This document shows, piece by piece, positions 46,361 through 59,732 of a DNA stretch of 64,000 bases. The notes below the pieces were generated by a model. That model worked only from the letters and a program-made list of their open reading frames with translations. It had not been told where the DNA came from and did no database searches. Where the stretch lies: the NCBI RefSeq assembly GCF_009914755.1, contig NC_060932.1. One strand, given 5' to 3'. How positions within the stretch are numbered: position 1 is the first letter of the stretch; each line of letters opens with the position of its first letter. The position numbers were made by a program, and so were the translations under genes. This DNA comes from the human T2T-CHM13v2.0 reference genome, Homo sapiens.

Positions 46361-47030
46361 GAGATGATTTAAGGGATATTTTCAGCATGAGGCACTCTGA
46401 TAAAATACCTATCCTTGCAATGGAATAGAGATCTCTTATGAATAGAACGGTCTTGTCACCTGGGCCCAGTGGCTTTCTTCCTGGATACTGATCAACACTG
46501 ACATATTCTTGACTCTTGTTTTTAACACCACCTTCTCCACCTAGTCAGGTTTCACGTGTTTACCATTTCCCTTCCTTTGGGATATAACGTACTTAATGAG
46601 ACTTTGTCTTTTTAGTTAGACTCATATTTTAGTAAGCATATATCTGAGACCATATCTAAGTTGCCAAGGTTATATTTTAGCTTTCCCAAAGCTGTTCAGC
46701 CATATTTTTACAGAAAATTGTGTTATTTTTAGGAATGTATTTTGTGTGTGTTTAACCAATATAACTCTGAGAAGATAACTTTATTCTGAAGGGCAAAGGT
46801 CTGTGTGCCTTCAGATTAATGTATGCTGTTACACTGAATTAAGCTGCCTTACTTTTATACCCATGGCATAGACCAGTAATTTGAAAAATCTGAATAACAT
46901 CTCATCCCCCTTTGTTTTTTCCTGATGTTTATCAGTGACCAGTGGTCCAGGGAAGAACAGAACTGCCCTTTCAACATTGCTGGCCTTCTCTCTCTCTCTC
47001 TTTTTTTTTTTTTTTTAATAATTTCAATTT

Positions 47031-47322
47031 GCCTGGACATGGTGGTTCACACCTGTAATCCCAGCACTTTGGGAGGCCGAGATGGGCAGAACACTTGAGG
47101 TCAGGAGTTCGAGACCAGCCTGGCCAACATAGTGAAACCCCATCTCTACGAAAAATACAATTAGCCAGGCGTGGTGGCATGTGCCTGTAGTCCCAGCTAC
47201 TTGGGAGGCTGAGGTAGAGAACTGCTTGAATCCAGGAGGCAGAGGCTGCAGTGAGCCAAGATCGTGCCACTGCACTCCAGCCTGGGTGACAGAGTGAGAC
47301 TCTGTTTCAAATAATAATAATA
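47031..47322 (+). mobile_element. AluS
   Basis: Full dimer with (aat)n tail. Confidence 0.94.
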
Positions 47323-47332
47323 ATACTTCCAA

Positions 47333-48230
47333 TTTTTACTTTAGATTCAGGGGGTACATGTGCAGATTTCTTACCTTGGTATATTGCATAATGCTGAGGT
47401 TTAGGGTATGAATGATCTCGTCACCCAGGTACTGAGCATAGTACCCAACAGCTTTACAACACTTATCCCCCTCCCTCCTTCTCCCCTCTAGTAGCCCCCA
47501 ATGTCTATTGTTGCCATCTTTATGTCCATGAGTACACAATGTTTAGCTCCCACTTATAAGTGAGAACAAGTGGTATTTGGTTTTCTGTTCCTGCATTAAT
47601 TCACTGAGGATAATGGCCTTTGGCTGCATCCATGTTGCTGGAAAGGACATGATTTTGTTCTTTTTTATGGCTGTGTAGTATTCTGTGGTGTATATGTACC
47701 ACATTTCCTTTATCCAGTTCACCACTGGGGGGCACCTAGGTTGGCTCCATGTCTTTGCTATTGTGAATTGTGCTGTGATGAACATACGAGTGTATGTGTC
47801 TTTTTGGTAGAACAATTTCTATTCATTTGGGTATATACACAATAATGTGATTGCTGGGTTGAATGGTAGTTGAGAAATCTTCAAACTGCTTTCCACAGGG
47901 GCTGAACTAATTTACATTCCACCTCAGCACTGTATAAACATTTCTTTCTCCACAGCTTCGCCAGCATCTGTTGTTTTTTAACTTTTTAGTAATAGCCATT
48001 CTGAGTGGTGTGAGATGGTATCTCATTGTGGTTTTGATTTGCATTTTTCTGATGATTAGTGACGTTGATCATTTTTTCATGTTTGTTTGCTGCTTGTTTG
48101 TCTTCCTTTGAGAAGTGTCTGCTCATGTCTTTTGCCCACATTTAAATGGGGTTATTTGTTTTTTGCTTGTTGAATTGCTTAAGTTCCTTATAGACTCTGG
48201 ATATTGGACCTTTGTTGGATGTATAGGTCA
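47333..48230 (-). mobile_element. L1PA15/16-L1PB-type 3' fragment
   Basis: ORF2 C-terminal homology (FITAQFTIAKTWSQPRCP...WIKEMWYIYTTEYYTAIKKN) plus 3' UTR gattcagggggtacatgtgcag. Confidence 0.92.
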
Positions 48231-48256
48231 ATATTGTTCTCTTTTTAATGTGTGAC

Positions 48257-48282
48257 GTGTGTGTGTGTGTGTGTGTGTGTGT
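48257..48282. repeat. (GT)n microsatellite
   Basis: Seen directly. Confidence 0.9.
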
Positions 48283-48578
48283 ATGTACATATCAAACTTG
48301 TTGAGGTTTTGAGAAGATGGGTTTCTATAATGGCAATGCAAGTAACTTAAAAATAAATATTGGACATCTGTGTTTTCAGAAATCCTTCTGGCACATTGCT
48401 ACCAGAAATTCCTTACTGACCACATCTCTGCAGATTCCAATCTCCCATAGCCTTTTTAGAGCCAACATTGCTTTCTTATGGCGCATTATAGCTGTGAATC
48501 CTACGTGTGTCCTGTCATATAGACAGCCTCTGCTATCTATCCTTAATGCTAGTGACCTTTTCTCTCCTTTCAAAAAGC

Positions 48579-48710
48579 TTTTGTTTTTTGTTGTTTTTAA
48601 CAGAAAGGCTCTTGCTTTGTTGGTCAAGTCAGCCTAGGACTCCTGGGCTCAAATCCTTCCACCTCAGCCTCCCAGATAGTTGGGACTACAGGCATTTGCC
48701 ACCATCCCAG
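48579..48710 (-). mobile_element. Degraded Alu monomer fragment
   Basis: actcctgggctcaa...cctcagcctcccagatagttgggactacaggc. Confidence 0.8.
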
Positions 48711-48859
48711 AAAAGATTTTTAGAAAGAGTATAAATCTGAGTATTTGATACCCTGCAGAGAATACGAGTAGGACACAAAGGCCCTACAATGAACTATTAT
48801 CTAGCAGTGCCTCTTAGATACTTGATTCTCAAGAGCCATGCCACTGAAAAATAAAATCC

Positions 48860-49290
48860 ATTAGGGTAAGTTAACTGATGTAACAAATAGACCTCCGAGT
48901 GTATAATGGTTCTAGTGCATTCAAAATTTATTTCTTGCTCATATAACAAGTGGGTGAACAGTTCAGCAGGGTGACCCTCTTCCACATAATAATTCTGGGA
49001 CCCAGGCTTTGCTGACCCTACTCTACACTTCATGACTTTCAAGCTTGCCTGGAGGTTACCTCTACTCCCATGTAGTTGGAAGGAGACAAAGATCATGGAG
49101 GAGTGTTGCATTGCCTGCTTCTAAGGGCCAGTCCTGCTCACATTCCATGGCCAGGACTCAGCCACATGGCCACCTAACTGCAAGGGATCCTGGGAAGTGT
49201 AGCCCCTGGCTGAGCTTCCACTTTGTGGCAAGAACTCTACACTGCAGAAGTGGAGCCTGGATATTTGTTGGACACATAGCTGTCATTGTC
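48860..49290 (-). mobile_element. Old MLT1 (J/K-type) LTR
   Basis: tttatttcttgctcat...gggacccaggct...gctcacattccatggccagg...cacatggccacctaactgcaaggga. Confidence 0.7.
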
Positions 49291-49304
49291 TTATGGCCAC
49301 AATC

Positions 49305-49545
49305 ATAATGTTTTTATATATCACCTTCTGAACACTTACATAGGAGGTGCTGTACTGTGTATAGATGTACTATCTAATTTAATTCTCACAGGTAGCTATT
49401 CATTGTGGATATTATTAATATGTTTTATAAATGATGACATTGAAACTAAGAGATTAAATCACTTGCCCAAGGGCATACATCTAGTAAATTTTGGAACTGA
49501 GATTCAAATCCTGGTCTATCTGATTCTAAAACCTAATGATCTTAA
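49305..49545 (-). mobile_element. MIR SINE
   Basis: tttaattctcaca...gagattaaatcacttgcccaagggcatacatctagtaa...gattcaaatc. Confidence 0.8.
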
Positions 49546-49704
49546 CTTTTACATTTATATTGTCTAGGTAGAACTGGCATGTTTATGCCTTTAATGGCTA
49601 GAACAGAATAAAGGGACAAGCCCCAGTGTTCTCCATTAGTTTTCTTAGTTTCTTTTCTAGCAGGACCAAGCAGGAGGCTCGAGGTTCTGAGTAATCTCAA
49701 TGGC

Positions 49705-50127
49705 TTGTTTTCTTTCTCTCTCTCTTCCTTTCTTTTTCTCCCTTTCCTTTCCTTTCCTCTCCTTTCCTCCCCTTCTCCCCTTCTCCCCTTCTCCCTTTCT
49801 CCCTTCCCTTCCCTTCCCTTCCCTTCCCTTCCCTTCCCTTCCCTTCCCTTCCCTTCCCTTCCCTTCCCATCACTCTGTTGCCCAGGCTGGAGTATAGTGG
49901 CATGATCATAGTTCACTGCAGCCTTGACCTCCTGGGCTCAGGTGATTCTCCCACCTCAGCCTCCTGTGTAGCTGGGCCTGCACTAGCTACATCCAGGTAA
50001 TTTTTTTGTATTTTTTTGTAGAGACAAAGGTTTTACCATGTTGCCCAGGCTGGTCTCAAACTTCTGGGCTCAAGTGGTCCACCTGCCTCAGCCTCCCAAA
50101 GTGCTGGGTGAGCCACTGCCCCTGGCC
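49705..50127 (-). mobile_element. AluJ with (CCCTT)n tail
   Basis: Polypyrimidine tail at about 49708-49868 including pure (ccctt)n; TSD atctcaatgg. Confidence 0.92.
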
Positions 50128-50180
50128 ATCTCAATGGGTTTCACACTATTCTTCACCTCTTCTGCCTTCATTGTCTAGAA

Positions 50181-50399
50181 CAAGCTTGTCCAACCTGTGG
50201 CCTGTGGGCCACACATGGCCAAGGATATCTTTGAATGTGGCCCAACACAAATACATAAGCTTTCTTAAAACATCGTGAGATTATTTTGCAATTTCTTTTT
50301 ATAGCTCATTGGTTATCGTTAGCCTTAGTGTATTTTATGTGTGGCCCAAGACAATTCTTCCAGTGTGGCCCAGGGAAGCCAAAAAATTGGATACCCCTG
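50181..50399 (-). mobile_element. MER30 hAT-Charlie MITE
   Basis: caagcttgtccaacc...gtggcccagggaagccaaaa...ttggatacccctg; perfect 8-bp TSD gtctagaa at 50173-50180 and 50400-50407. Confidence 0.93.
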
Positions 50400-51799
50400 G
50401 TCTAGAATCTAGATTAGTTTCAATTATTTGCCAGTATTCAATTACCATTCATATAAAGATGACTACTAAATAATTATCTTCTGCCCAAATGTTTCATCTT
50501 AGCTTAGATTCATAGTTCTAACTGCCTACTCAACAGCTTCATGGACACCTTCAATTCATTGCATCCTCAAACTGAAGGCATGCTCTTCCCACCTGAAGAT
50601 CCATTCATTTCTTAGGTTTGTCAGTCAATAGCCTACTGGCTTTCATTAACTTCCCAAGGTGTAGGTGTCAGACATTTGTTTCTTCATTACCGCTCACTTC
50701 CTAAAGAGTACGTAGATTCACAGCTATTTTGCATGTTTTCTAGACGGTCCAAATGTCATCACTATCGCCTAGAAGGTTGAGGGACTATTTTGAGATGGTG
50801 ATGATGATTATCTCAAGAAAACGCACTCCATGTGCAGGCCTCTTCTCTTCTCACTTTCTGTTTGACACTGAGGAAGTTGGTGAGAGCTTCTAAATCACGC
50901 AAATCCTTAGGCACACAGGCGTGGCCTGAGTCATGTTTGCCCACTCACGGAGACACACTGATGCCTGTGAAAATGATCATGTAGGTCACAGGCAAACATC
51001 CTGCTACCTCAAGTCCCTCTGTCCAGCCTATGGACTGGAAAAGCCTCTGGAAACCTTTTCTCTCTGTCTTCCCCACATTCCTCACCTTTGGGCTGATTTT
51101 AATGCAGAAAAGACCATAACAAATCAGAGTTCCTTCTCTGCTCAGGGACTCCTGAGAATCTGGAGGAAGGTGTTGCTTGTCCTTAGTAAAAAGCTCAGCC
51201 TATGGAAACACAGGGGCCTCTCCGAGATACTTTGTCTCCAAAGAAAACCGAAGCTATTGTTTATAGACTTTGGAGTTTATTGTTAGAAAAAGGCTGGAAG
51301 ATAAACTGTGCCAAGTACTAAATTAAAAAAGAAACAAATGCCGAGACACCCCTGAGTAAGGATGAATGTGAAAGTGGCAATTGATGCTCAGAGAATTTAA
51401 ATTCTCATTTTCAGCAATCCTTTCTTCTTTGTCAAAAATAATTTGTTATGAAATGTGAAAGAAATATTTATGGCTGTTTGGTTTTCCCCTCTCATATGCC
51501 ATTTTGCTAATCTTTACAAAAATATTGTAAGGTAGGTAATATATATACATATTTCACAGATTAGAGGACTAACCTCAGAGAGGCTAATTGACAAGCCAAG
51601 TCACTTAAATGAAGGTATTTTTCTCTCCACATTTTTATATCTGTAGCCACAGATCTAGGGTAAAGGACTAGGTCTGCTTTGTGCAGTACTGATGAGCTGG
51701 TACAATTCCTGGTACAAAGTAGGGGCTCAGTAAATGCTTGCTGCATAAAAGAATGAATGAAACTGTAAAATGATTATAACAATTGTCTCTTCCACCTAA

Positions 51800-52195
51800 T
51801 AGTGGCATAAATTGGGATGAGCTAGGTCATAATGTGGAAAAAGCAACCCCAAAGTTTCAGCAGTTCAAAACACAGGTCTGTTTCTTGTATTCTTACTTGA
51901 TGTCCATCAAAGGTTGGCGGGGGAGGGGGATGCGGGGGCGGGGGCTCCACTTCACTCCTCACAGTTACTCAAAGGCCGGGGCTGATGAAGCTGTTCCTAT
52001 CTCGAATGTTGCTACTTATGTGTAATGAAACCATTTAAAGTGGAAGTCACCCACTTCTCTTTCGTCACAACTCATTGACCAGAACTATCCCCATGGCCCC
52101 AACTAACTACAAGGGAGCCAGAAAGTGCAATTGTATCACGTGCCTGGTAAAGGGTAGATCCAGAAATATTTGGCAGAGGGCACTAATGACATCCA
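51800..52195 (-). mobile_element. Old MLT1 (K/L-type) LTR
   Basis: ggaagtcacc...cattgaccagaacta...catggccccaactaactacaagggagccagaaagtg. Confidence 0.6.
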
Positions 52196-52624
52196 TAGGA
52201 CATAGAGGTCAAATGAAATGATTTATATAAAAATGATTTTTATCACGAGAGGCAGTTAGTGGTGACTGGTGATTATTAGGCTTAGCATGGCCTCAAGTCA
52301 TTGTGTTTGCTCCTACATTAGGCTTCTCATCAGGAATTTATCTTGGGCAATGATAGAAAGGCCCCGGGACCTTGTCAGAAGGAATATCATGTCTGATCCT
52401 GATTCTTTTACACGTGTCAGGATGGTTTTCTTTCTAGATGCAATTTTTACAGCCCCCTAGTCATGGGAGTTTCTCAACCACACATAGGTTGGTTAGGAAG
52501 CTACTCTCTGATCAAGAGGATGAATGCCTCAAGAAGGCTCATCACCCTAGTATGCTTGGATCCATCCTATTCTTAAGTGGTGAATAATATTGTCCCAATT
52601 CCTTTCTTTGCCAAAACACCACAG

Positions 52625-52826
52625 ACTCATCTGGTTTGAAGAGTTGAACTGCAGCGGTTGAAGACCAGACAGTAGAGTTTCAAGCTCTGCTGGGATGATT
52701 ACTAGGTGGGGATCTGTGGATAGTGGAGAAAAGTTCTTACTCATTTTCATCATTGAGTATGGGCCAGTGGCATAGGTCAGCTGGAATTTGACCAGATAAG
52801 GTTCCCATGTATCCTTTTTGGCAGAT
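52625..52826 (+). pseudogene. Candidate exon of an unidentified decayed gene or lncRNA
   Basis: Acceptor ...cctttctttgccaaaacaccacag| and strong donor GAT|gtaagt; unique sequence; all three frames carry stops. Confidence 0.3.
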
Positions 52827-53474
52827 GTAAGTTTCTGGGAAATAAACCAAATGGAATCCATAAGTTCATTTCCTAACTCTGTAAAGTGCTGAATGCTTAC
52901 AAGAGTAGAAAATAAACATATTCATTCAATGCACAATGAAATTATTTTCAGTCATCTTGTCTTTGTAGAATTAAAGTGTTAGAAGCTATTTGCCACTACA
53001 TGAAAGTCTCATCCAATCTTCTTTATAAAAGACAGTAAACAGACTGGAATGCCCAATTCATATCTTAGTTCTATGAGCCACAAGGAGGTACCTACTTCGG
53101 GTTGAAAGATAGAGATGAAAATCAAATTTAAGCATAACTCAGTTCCTACAGATATTAATCATTGGTTGTGTCTGGAAGTGTGAAGGGAATTTCCCTCTTC
53201 CAGGCATCTCAGGGATATGTGGGGTTGGGGGTGGATTGTGGGGTGAGATGATTAGAAATGGTATTGGATTCTGTATAGCCCTATAGACGGGGGTCATTTG
53301 GGGCTATTATCTTGGCTTCTTCCTCTGTGTATATCAACTCTAAAATAATGAATATGTCCTCTCTTATAGTCAGGAGTGAAGCTTATCACACAGCTTGTAT
53401 AGACTCAGGGGACTTTGAAGCTATTTCTGATTTTCTTATCTACACACTGAGAGATCAACTATCTCTAGAAGGTC

Positions 53475-53700
53475 TAATAGTACAGTAACCAAGAGCATGG
53501 CCTTTTGAGTAAGAAAGATCCACTTATTACCTGTGTGACCTTAGTGAAGTTGTTCAGTATCTGTGAGGCTCAGTTTCTGAATTTGGAAAGTAAGAAAAAT
53601 AACAGAACTCACCTTTAAGGGAATGTCTATGAAGATAAAATAAGATTATATATGTAAAGGACTCAGCACAGTACCTAGCACATAGCAAGCCCTTGATATT
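53475..53700 (+). mobile_element. MIR SINE
   Basis: ccacttattacctgtgtgaccttag...ctcagtttc...atatgtaaaggactcagcacagtacctagcacatag. Confidence 0.85.
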
Positions 53701-54106
53701 TTAAAAATTTCTAAGTTGGGCTGAGTGTGAAGGCACCCCACCGTTGTATTAATTTGTTGGCTTTTTGACATATGTGTAGGGTGACTAGATGCACATTTAG
53801 CATTAAATAATCACTTCAATTTATTCCTTGTGTCTTGGAGTACAGATGGGATAGTGAGGAATGCAACCAGTCTCTATTCCAGGTGCCACGCAAAATTACA
53901 TGTATTACTTCTGAATGTGGTTAAACATAGACCTGCTAAACAGGCAACACTTATCTATGATGTGAGAAGTCAGGATAATGGTTTCCTTGTGTGCAAGGTG
54001 GTCACTGGAAGGGTCACATGGGGTACTTCTAATGTGCTAGTAATGTTCTGTTTTTTTTAGTCTGGGACTAATTACACAGATGTTTCATTTTTGAAAAATT
54101 CATTAG

Positions 54107-54420
54107 GGCTGGCCATAGTGGCTCATGCCTTTAATCCAAGCACTTCGGGGAGCTGAGGTGAGAGGATTGCTTGAGACTAGGAGTTTGAGACCCACCTGGG
54201 CAATGTATCAAGACCCCATCTCTACAAAAATAAAATAAAATAAAATTAGCCAGGTGTGGTGGCCCACACCTGTAGTCCCAGCTAAGGAGGGAGGATGATT
54301 GAACTCAGCAGCTGGAGGTTGCAATGAGCTATGAGCATGCCACTGCACTCCAGCCTAGGTGACAGAGTAAGGTGCTAGCTCAAAAATAAATACATTTTAA
54401 AAATTTAAAAATGTTAAAAA
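54107..54420 (+). mobile_element. AluJ (small internal deletion) inside an old L1 3' end
   Basis: Dimer; the right arm jumps from cccagcta to aggagggagg; L1M-like flanks at about 53900-54105 and 54745-54800. Confidence 0.9.
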
Positions 54421-54428
54421 TTATTTGA

Positions 54429-54744
<316 letters not shown>

Positions 54745-55259
54745 TGATACTTCTGATATGTACATTTTTCTCTGCTGATATTATATTTCAATACAAAGTT
54801 AACTCAATGAAGCTTCTAGGTCATCAATCTAATCTGGCAAGATAATCAACCAAGATTTACAATACTGCTCCAAGGAAATAGAGTCCATACTTAATTCCTT
54901 CTGTCTCTCTCTTTCTTTTTTCTCAGATAATGTCCACCTAGTATAAGTGGGAAGAAAGAAAGCAAAACATTTCTGACATTTGAATTTTATGTTCCTCTAT
55001 TTTATTCAGTGGTTATAAATTTAAATTTCATTTTGTCTGAGATTCATATCTCTACTCCAATTTCCTTTTGCTTTACATTTGCCTAGTATTGCTTTGCTTA
55101 CCACCTTTCAAATATAAATTTTAAATAATAATCATAATAAAACAGTCACAAATCAATGAAATAATGCTGTATGTACTATTTATCTTTGAAATTAGAATAT
55201 TGACAAGACATTCGAAGTTCTCTGTATGTCCTTTTCTGATTTAATCTTTGTCTCTCCAA

Positions 55260-55570
<311 letters not shown>

Positions 55571-55610
55571 CCACTTTTCTTTATGTATATGTATACACCA
55601 CTAAATAATA

Positions 55611-55955
55611 CAGATAAACCCAACTTGTGAGAATTCAAGTTTAATGATTTTTCAACTTTGTGATGATGTGAGAGCCATATGCATTCAGTAGAAAGCGCAA
55701 TAGCATCCTTGAGATGCTGAGCAGGAGCAGTGAGCCGCAGCGCCTACAGCTCCTAGTCAGCCACATGACCACAGGGGGGACAACTGACACTACAGTGTGC
55801 AGTGATGCCAGATGATTTTGCCCATAGTGTTCTGAGCACATTCAAGGTAGTCTAACCTAAGCTATGATGTTCCATATGTTAGTTGTATTAAATGCATTTT
55901 CTGTTTACAATAGGGTTATCAGTATGTAACCTCATTGTACACTGAGGAACATCTG
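55611..55955 (-). mobile_element. MER47/Tigger5-derived MITE (TcMar-Tigger)
   Basis: cagat...atctg termini with TA on both sides; gttctgagcacattcaaggtag...aagctatgatgttc...gtattaaatgcattt. Confidence 0.82.
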
Positions 55956-56013
55956 TATATTATTCTGTCTTTTTTTCCTGATTTAAAATTTTATGGTTTA
56001 ACTACATTAGATA

Positions 56014-56398
56014 CAGAAGTCCCTCTTTTTCTGAGGTTTCACTTTCTGCAGTTTCAGTTGCCTGTGGTTAACTGTGATCCAAAAATATTATGTACAAGAA
56101 GATATTTTGAGAAAGAGAGAGAGGGAAAGCACATTCACACAACTTTTATTATAATATATTGTTAAAATTGTTCTATTTTATTACTAGTTATTGTTAATCT
56201 CTTACTGTGCCTAATTGTTCTATTTTATTATTAGTTATTGTTAATCTTTTACTGTGCCTAATTTATAACCTGAATTTATCATAGGTATGTTATGGATAGA
56301 AAAAAACATAGTATATATAGGGTTCCATACTATCTATAGTTTATGACATCCACTGGGGGTCTTGGAACATATCTCCCTCAGATAAGGGGGGACCACTG
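56014..56398 (+). mobile_element. MER44A (Tigger7-derived MITE)
   Basis: cagaagtccc...catccactgggggtcttggaac...gataaggggggaccactg; TA flanks; internal 47-bp duplication. Confidence 0.88.
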
Positions 56399-56552
56399 TA
56401 ATGTCAAGTGTTTTTTTAAGGAGTTTTACCAATTTACAATCTTTCCAGCAGTGTTAAGAGTTTCTGTTGCTTCCCATTTCTGCAAATAGTTAATATTGTC
56501 AATTTCTTAATTTTTCCCAAGTTGTAAAATTTGCTACATTGTAAACTGATAG

Positions 56553-56902
<350 letters not shown>

Positions 56903-57169
56903 ATCAAGGTAGTTTAGAATTTTTTCACCCAAATGTTTATTTGCTATTAGTGCTTTGTTTTCTGCTAAGTGTTTACAGGTTCTTTATCGGATTTTATTTG
57001 GGTTTGTGTGTATTTTTCTTATTGAATGTATGAACAATGTATATATTATAGATAAAAGATCTGTTGTTTTTTATATGGGCTACCAATGTCTTCTCTAAGT
57101 TCTTGGCTTGTCTTTTTCCTTTCCTTGTGGTGTTTAATTTTTAATTTTAATTTTTATAATAAAATCGTT

Positions 57170-59245
57170 TATAAGTAAAAATCTAATAAAGACTAAACTA
57201 ATTTTTTGAAAGGGTACATCAAAGTTGGAGGACTTACATTACCTAATTTTAAGACAATATAAAGTTGTAATAATAAGTAACTTAGTGAGGCATTAGTATT
57301 CAGACGGACATAAAGATAAATGTGACAGAAGAGAGAGTCTGGAAGTAGATCCACACATACATAGTCAACAGATTTCCAGCAGAGTTGTCAGAGGTGTTTG
57401 AACCAGAGCAACTCCATCTTGAATATGGGCTGGGTAAAATAAGGCTGAGACCTACTGGGCTGCTTTCCCAGATGGTTAAGGCATTCTAGGTCACAGGATG
57501 AGATAGGAGGTCAGCACAAGATACAGGTCATAAAGGCCCTGCTGATAAAACAGGCTGCAGTAAAGAAGCCAGCTAAAACCCATCCAAACTACGATGGTGA
57601 CAAGAGTGACCTCTGGTCATCCTCACTGCTACACTCCCACCAGTGCCATGACAGTTTACAAATGCTCAATATGGTCTAAAAAGGGGAGAAATGAATAATC
57701 CATCCTATATTTAGGATATAATCAAGAAATAATCATAAAAATGGGCAACCAGCAGCCCTTGGGGCTGCTCTGCCTATGGAGTGACCATTGTTTATTCCTT
57801 TACTTTCCTAATAAACTTACCTTCATTTTACTCTATGGACTCACTCTGAATTCCTTCTTGTGTGAGATCCAAAAACTCTCTCTTGGGATCTAGATTGGGA
57901 TCCCTTTCCAGTAACAGAGTTGCCAAGGCAATTCAATGAAGAAGTGATAATCTTTTGAACGAATAGGGCTGGAACAACTGGATTTTCATATGCCAAAAAA
58001 ACAAAAACAAAAGCACAAAAAACAAACAGCCCTGACCCTTACCTCACACTGTATTACAAAATTTAACTTAAAATGAATCATAGGCCTAAATATAAAAGCT
58101 AAAGTTATAAAACTACTAGAAGAAAACAGAAAATTTTCGTGACAGTGAATTAGTAAAAAATGTCTTGGGTAGGACACAAAAATAGTACAAAGCATGAATG
58201 AAAAAAATGATAAATTTAACTTCATCAATATTATAAACTGTTTTTCAAAAGACACTTGTAAAAGAATTTAAAAAGCCAAGAACTGGATGAAATTATTTGC
58301 AGAATATATATATGATAAAGGACTTGTATCCAGAATACATAGAGACTTTTACAATTCAATTATAAGAAATTACACAACCCCATTAACAAATGAAGATAAG
58401 GTTTAAGAAACACTTCACCATGGAAAATAGCATGTGAAAAGATACTCAATACCATTAGACATTAGGAAAATGTAAATTGAAACCACAGTGAGATATGACT
58501 ACACACCCACATTCTAGTGTAACATTCTAGGCTAACATTAGAAAGATTGATTTTATCAAGTGTTGGCAAGGATGTGAATTTACCTGAACTCTTGTGCTTT
58601 GCTTTACTGGTGGGAATACAAAATGGTGCAGCCATTTTGAAAAGGAGCTTGGTAATTTCTTTAAAGTTAAACATACACTTATCATATGACTTAGCAAATC
58701 CACTCCTAAGTATTTACCCAAGATATATACAACATATGCCTACCATGAAACCTGTATGCAAAAGTTTTTTGCAGCTTTATTTGTAATGGATCCAAATTGG
58801 AAACAATGCAAATGTACTTCAACTGGTAAAAAAAAATTGTATGTCTGTATGATGAAATACACTCAGAAATTAAAAAAAGAATGAACTACTGATACACATA
58901 GCAATACGGGTGAATCTCAAAACACGCTAAGTGGCAAAGAAGGCAGACATAAAAGGCTATGTATTGGATGATTCCATTTATATGACATTCTAAAAAAGGT
59001 TACAGGGAAGAATCACATCAGTGAGTGTAGGAACTGGGAACTGGGGGGAGGGATTAACTGCAAAGGGGCACTAGGAATCATTTTGAGGTCATGGAAATTT
59101 TTATATCTTGTTGTGATTGTGGCTACATGACTGCATATGTAATCAAAACTCACTAAAATGTACACTTAAAAAAGGTTGCTTATTGTATGTAAATTATAAG
59201 CAAATTATATTGTATACAAATTCAGTAAATCTGATTAGTTTTTAA
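57170..59245 (+). mobile_element. Old L1M (MB/MC/MD-type) ORF2 3' part and 3' UTR, split by MER41A
   Basis: aaagttggaggacttacattacctaatttt, gccaaggcaattcaatg, tgataaaggacttgtatccagaata, gcaaatccactcctaagtatttaccc, gatgattccatttatatgacattc. Confidence 0.9.
57386..57916 (+). mobile_element. MER41A solo LTR (ERV1) with about 22-bp internal deletion
   Basis: tgtcagaggtgtttgaaccagagcaactccatcttgaat...ccctttccagtaaca; TSD gagt at 57382-57385 and 57917-57920. Confidence 0.93.
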
Positions 59246-59539
59246 AAGAGTCAAGTAGTTCTACAAGCCTTTCTTTGTATAACAGTGGACTCACAAAGGC
59301 CCATCTATTCTTCTAAGAGAAAGGGATTTCTTGGGGGAATCCCCTTCAATTCTTTTAGCCACAACTTATAGTATCTCTATATCACAATATTATATTCCTG
59401 GCTTTTTCAGTTGTGAGCATTTATCAATTGATCTTCCACTATGTGCGACGAGAATTTAGCACTCCTTCAACTCCCATCTACCCATCAAACACACATATCC
59501 TTCCTGCCCCACCCTCCCTTATTATTGTTTTTTCTTCAG

Positions 59540-59625
59540 GTGGCCAATGATCATTTTCAATTTCACTGGCCTGTGTGCCCATGATTTAATCTCATCCTTC
59601 TCTTTCTGGCTGTCTGGCCTCCCAG
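59540..59625 (+). pseudogene. Candidate exon (86 nt) of an unidentified gene or lncRNA
   Basis: Strong acceptor ttgttttttcttcag|G and near-consensus donor CAG|gtaagc; one open frame, WPMIIFNFTGLCAHDLISSFSFWLSGLP. Confidence 0.45.
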
Positions 59626-59680
59626 GTAAGCAGTTATTTACTCTCTGGGACACAGGTTTGGCTTATAGAATAGCTCTAGT

Positions 59681-59683
<3 letters not shown>

Positions 59684-59729
<46 letters not shown>
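59684..59729 (+). repeat. Pure poly(A) run (A46)
   Basis: Seen directly; no retroelement body upstream. Confidence 0.9.

Positions 59730-59732
<3 letters not shown>

Noticed and set aside
47721-47737. CTCF-like motif ccactggggggcacc
   Set aside because: It mismatches the core AG position and lies in ordinary L1 sequence; unsupported without ChIP data.
49542-49916. Repetitive GKGRE, FLSF and poly-K ORFs (also 37336-37771 and 59547-59774)
   Set aside because: Translations of microsatellites and the poly(A) run.
54900-55010. Strong + strand acceptor (ctttcttttttctcag at 54926) as another exon
   Set aside because: No convincing donor follows, frames close quickly, and the sequence runs into an L1 relic.
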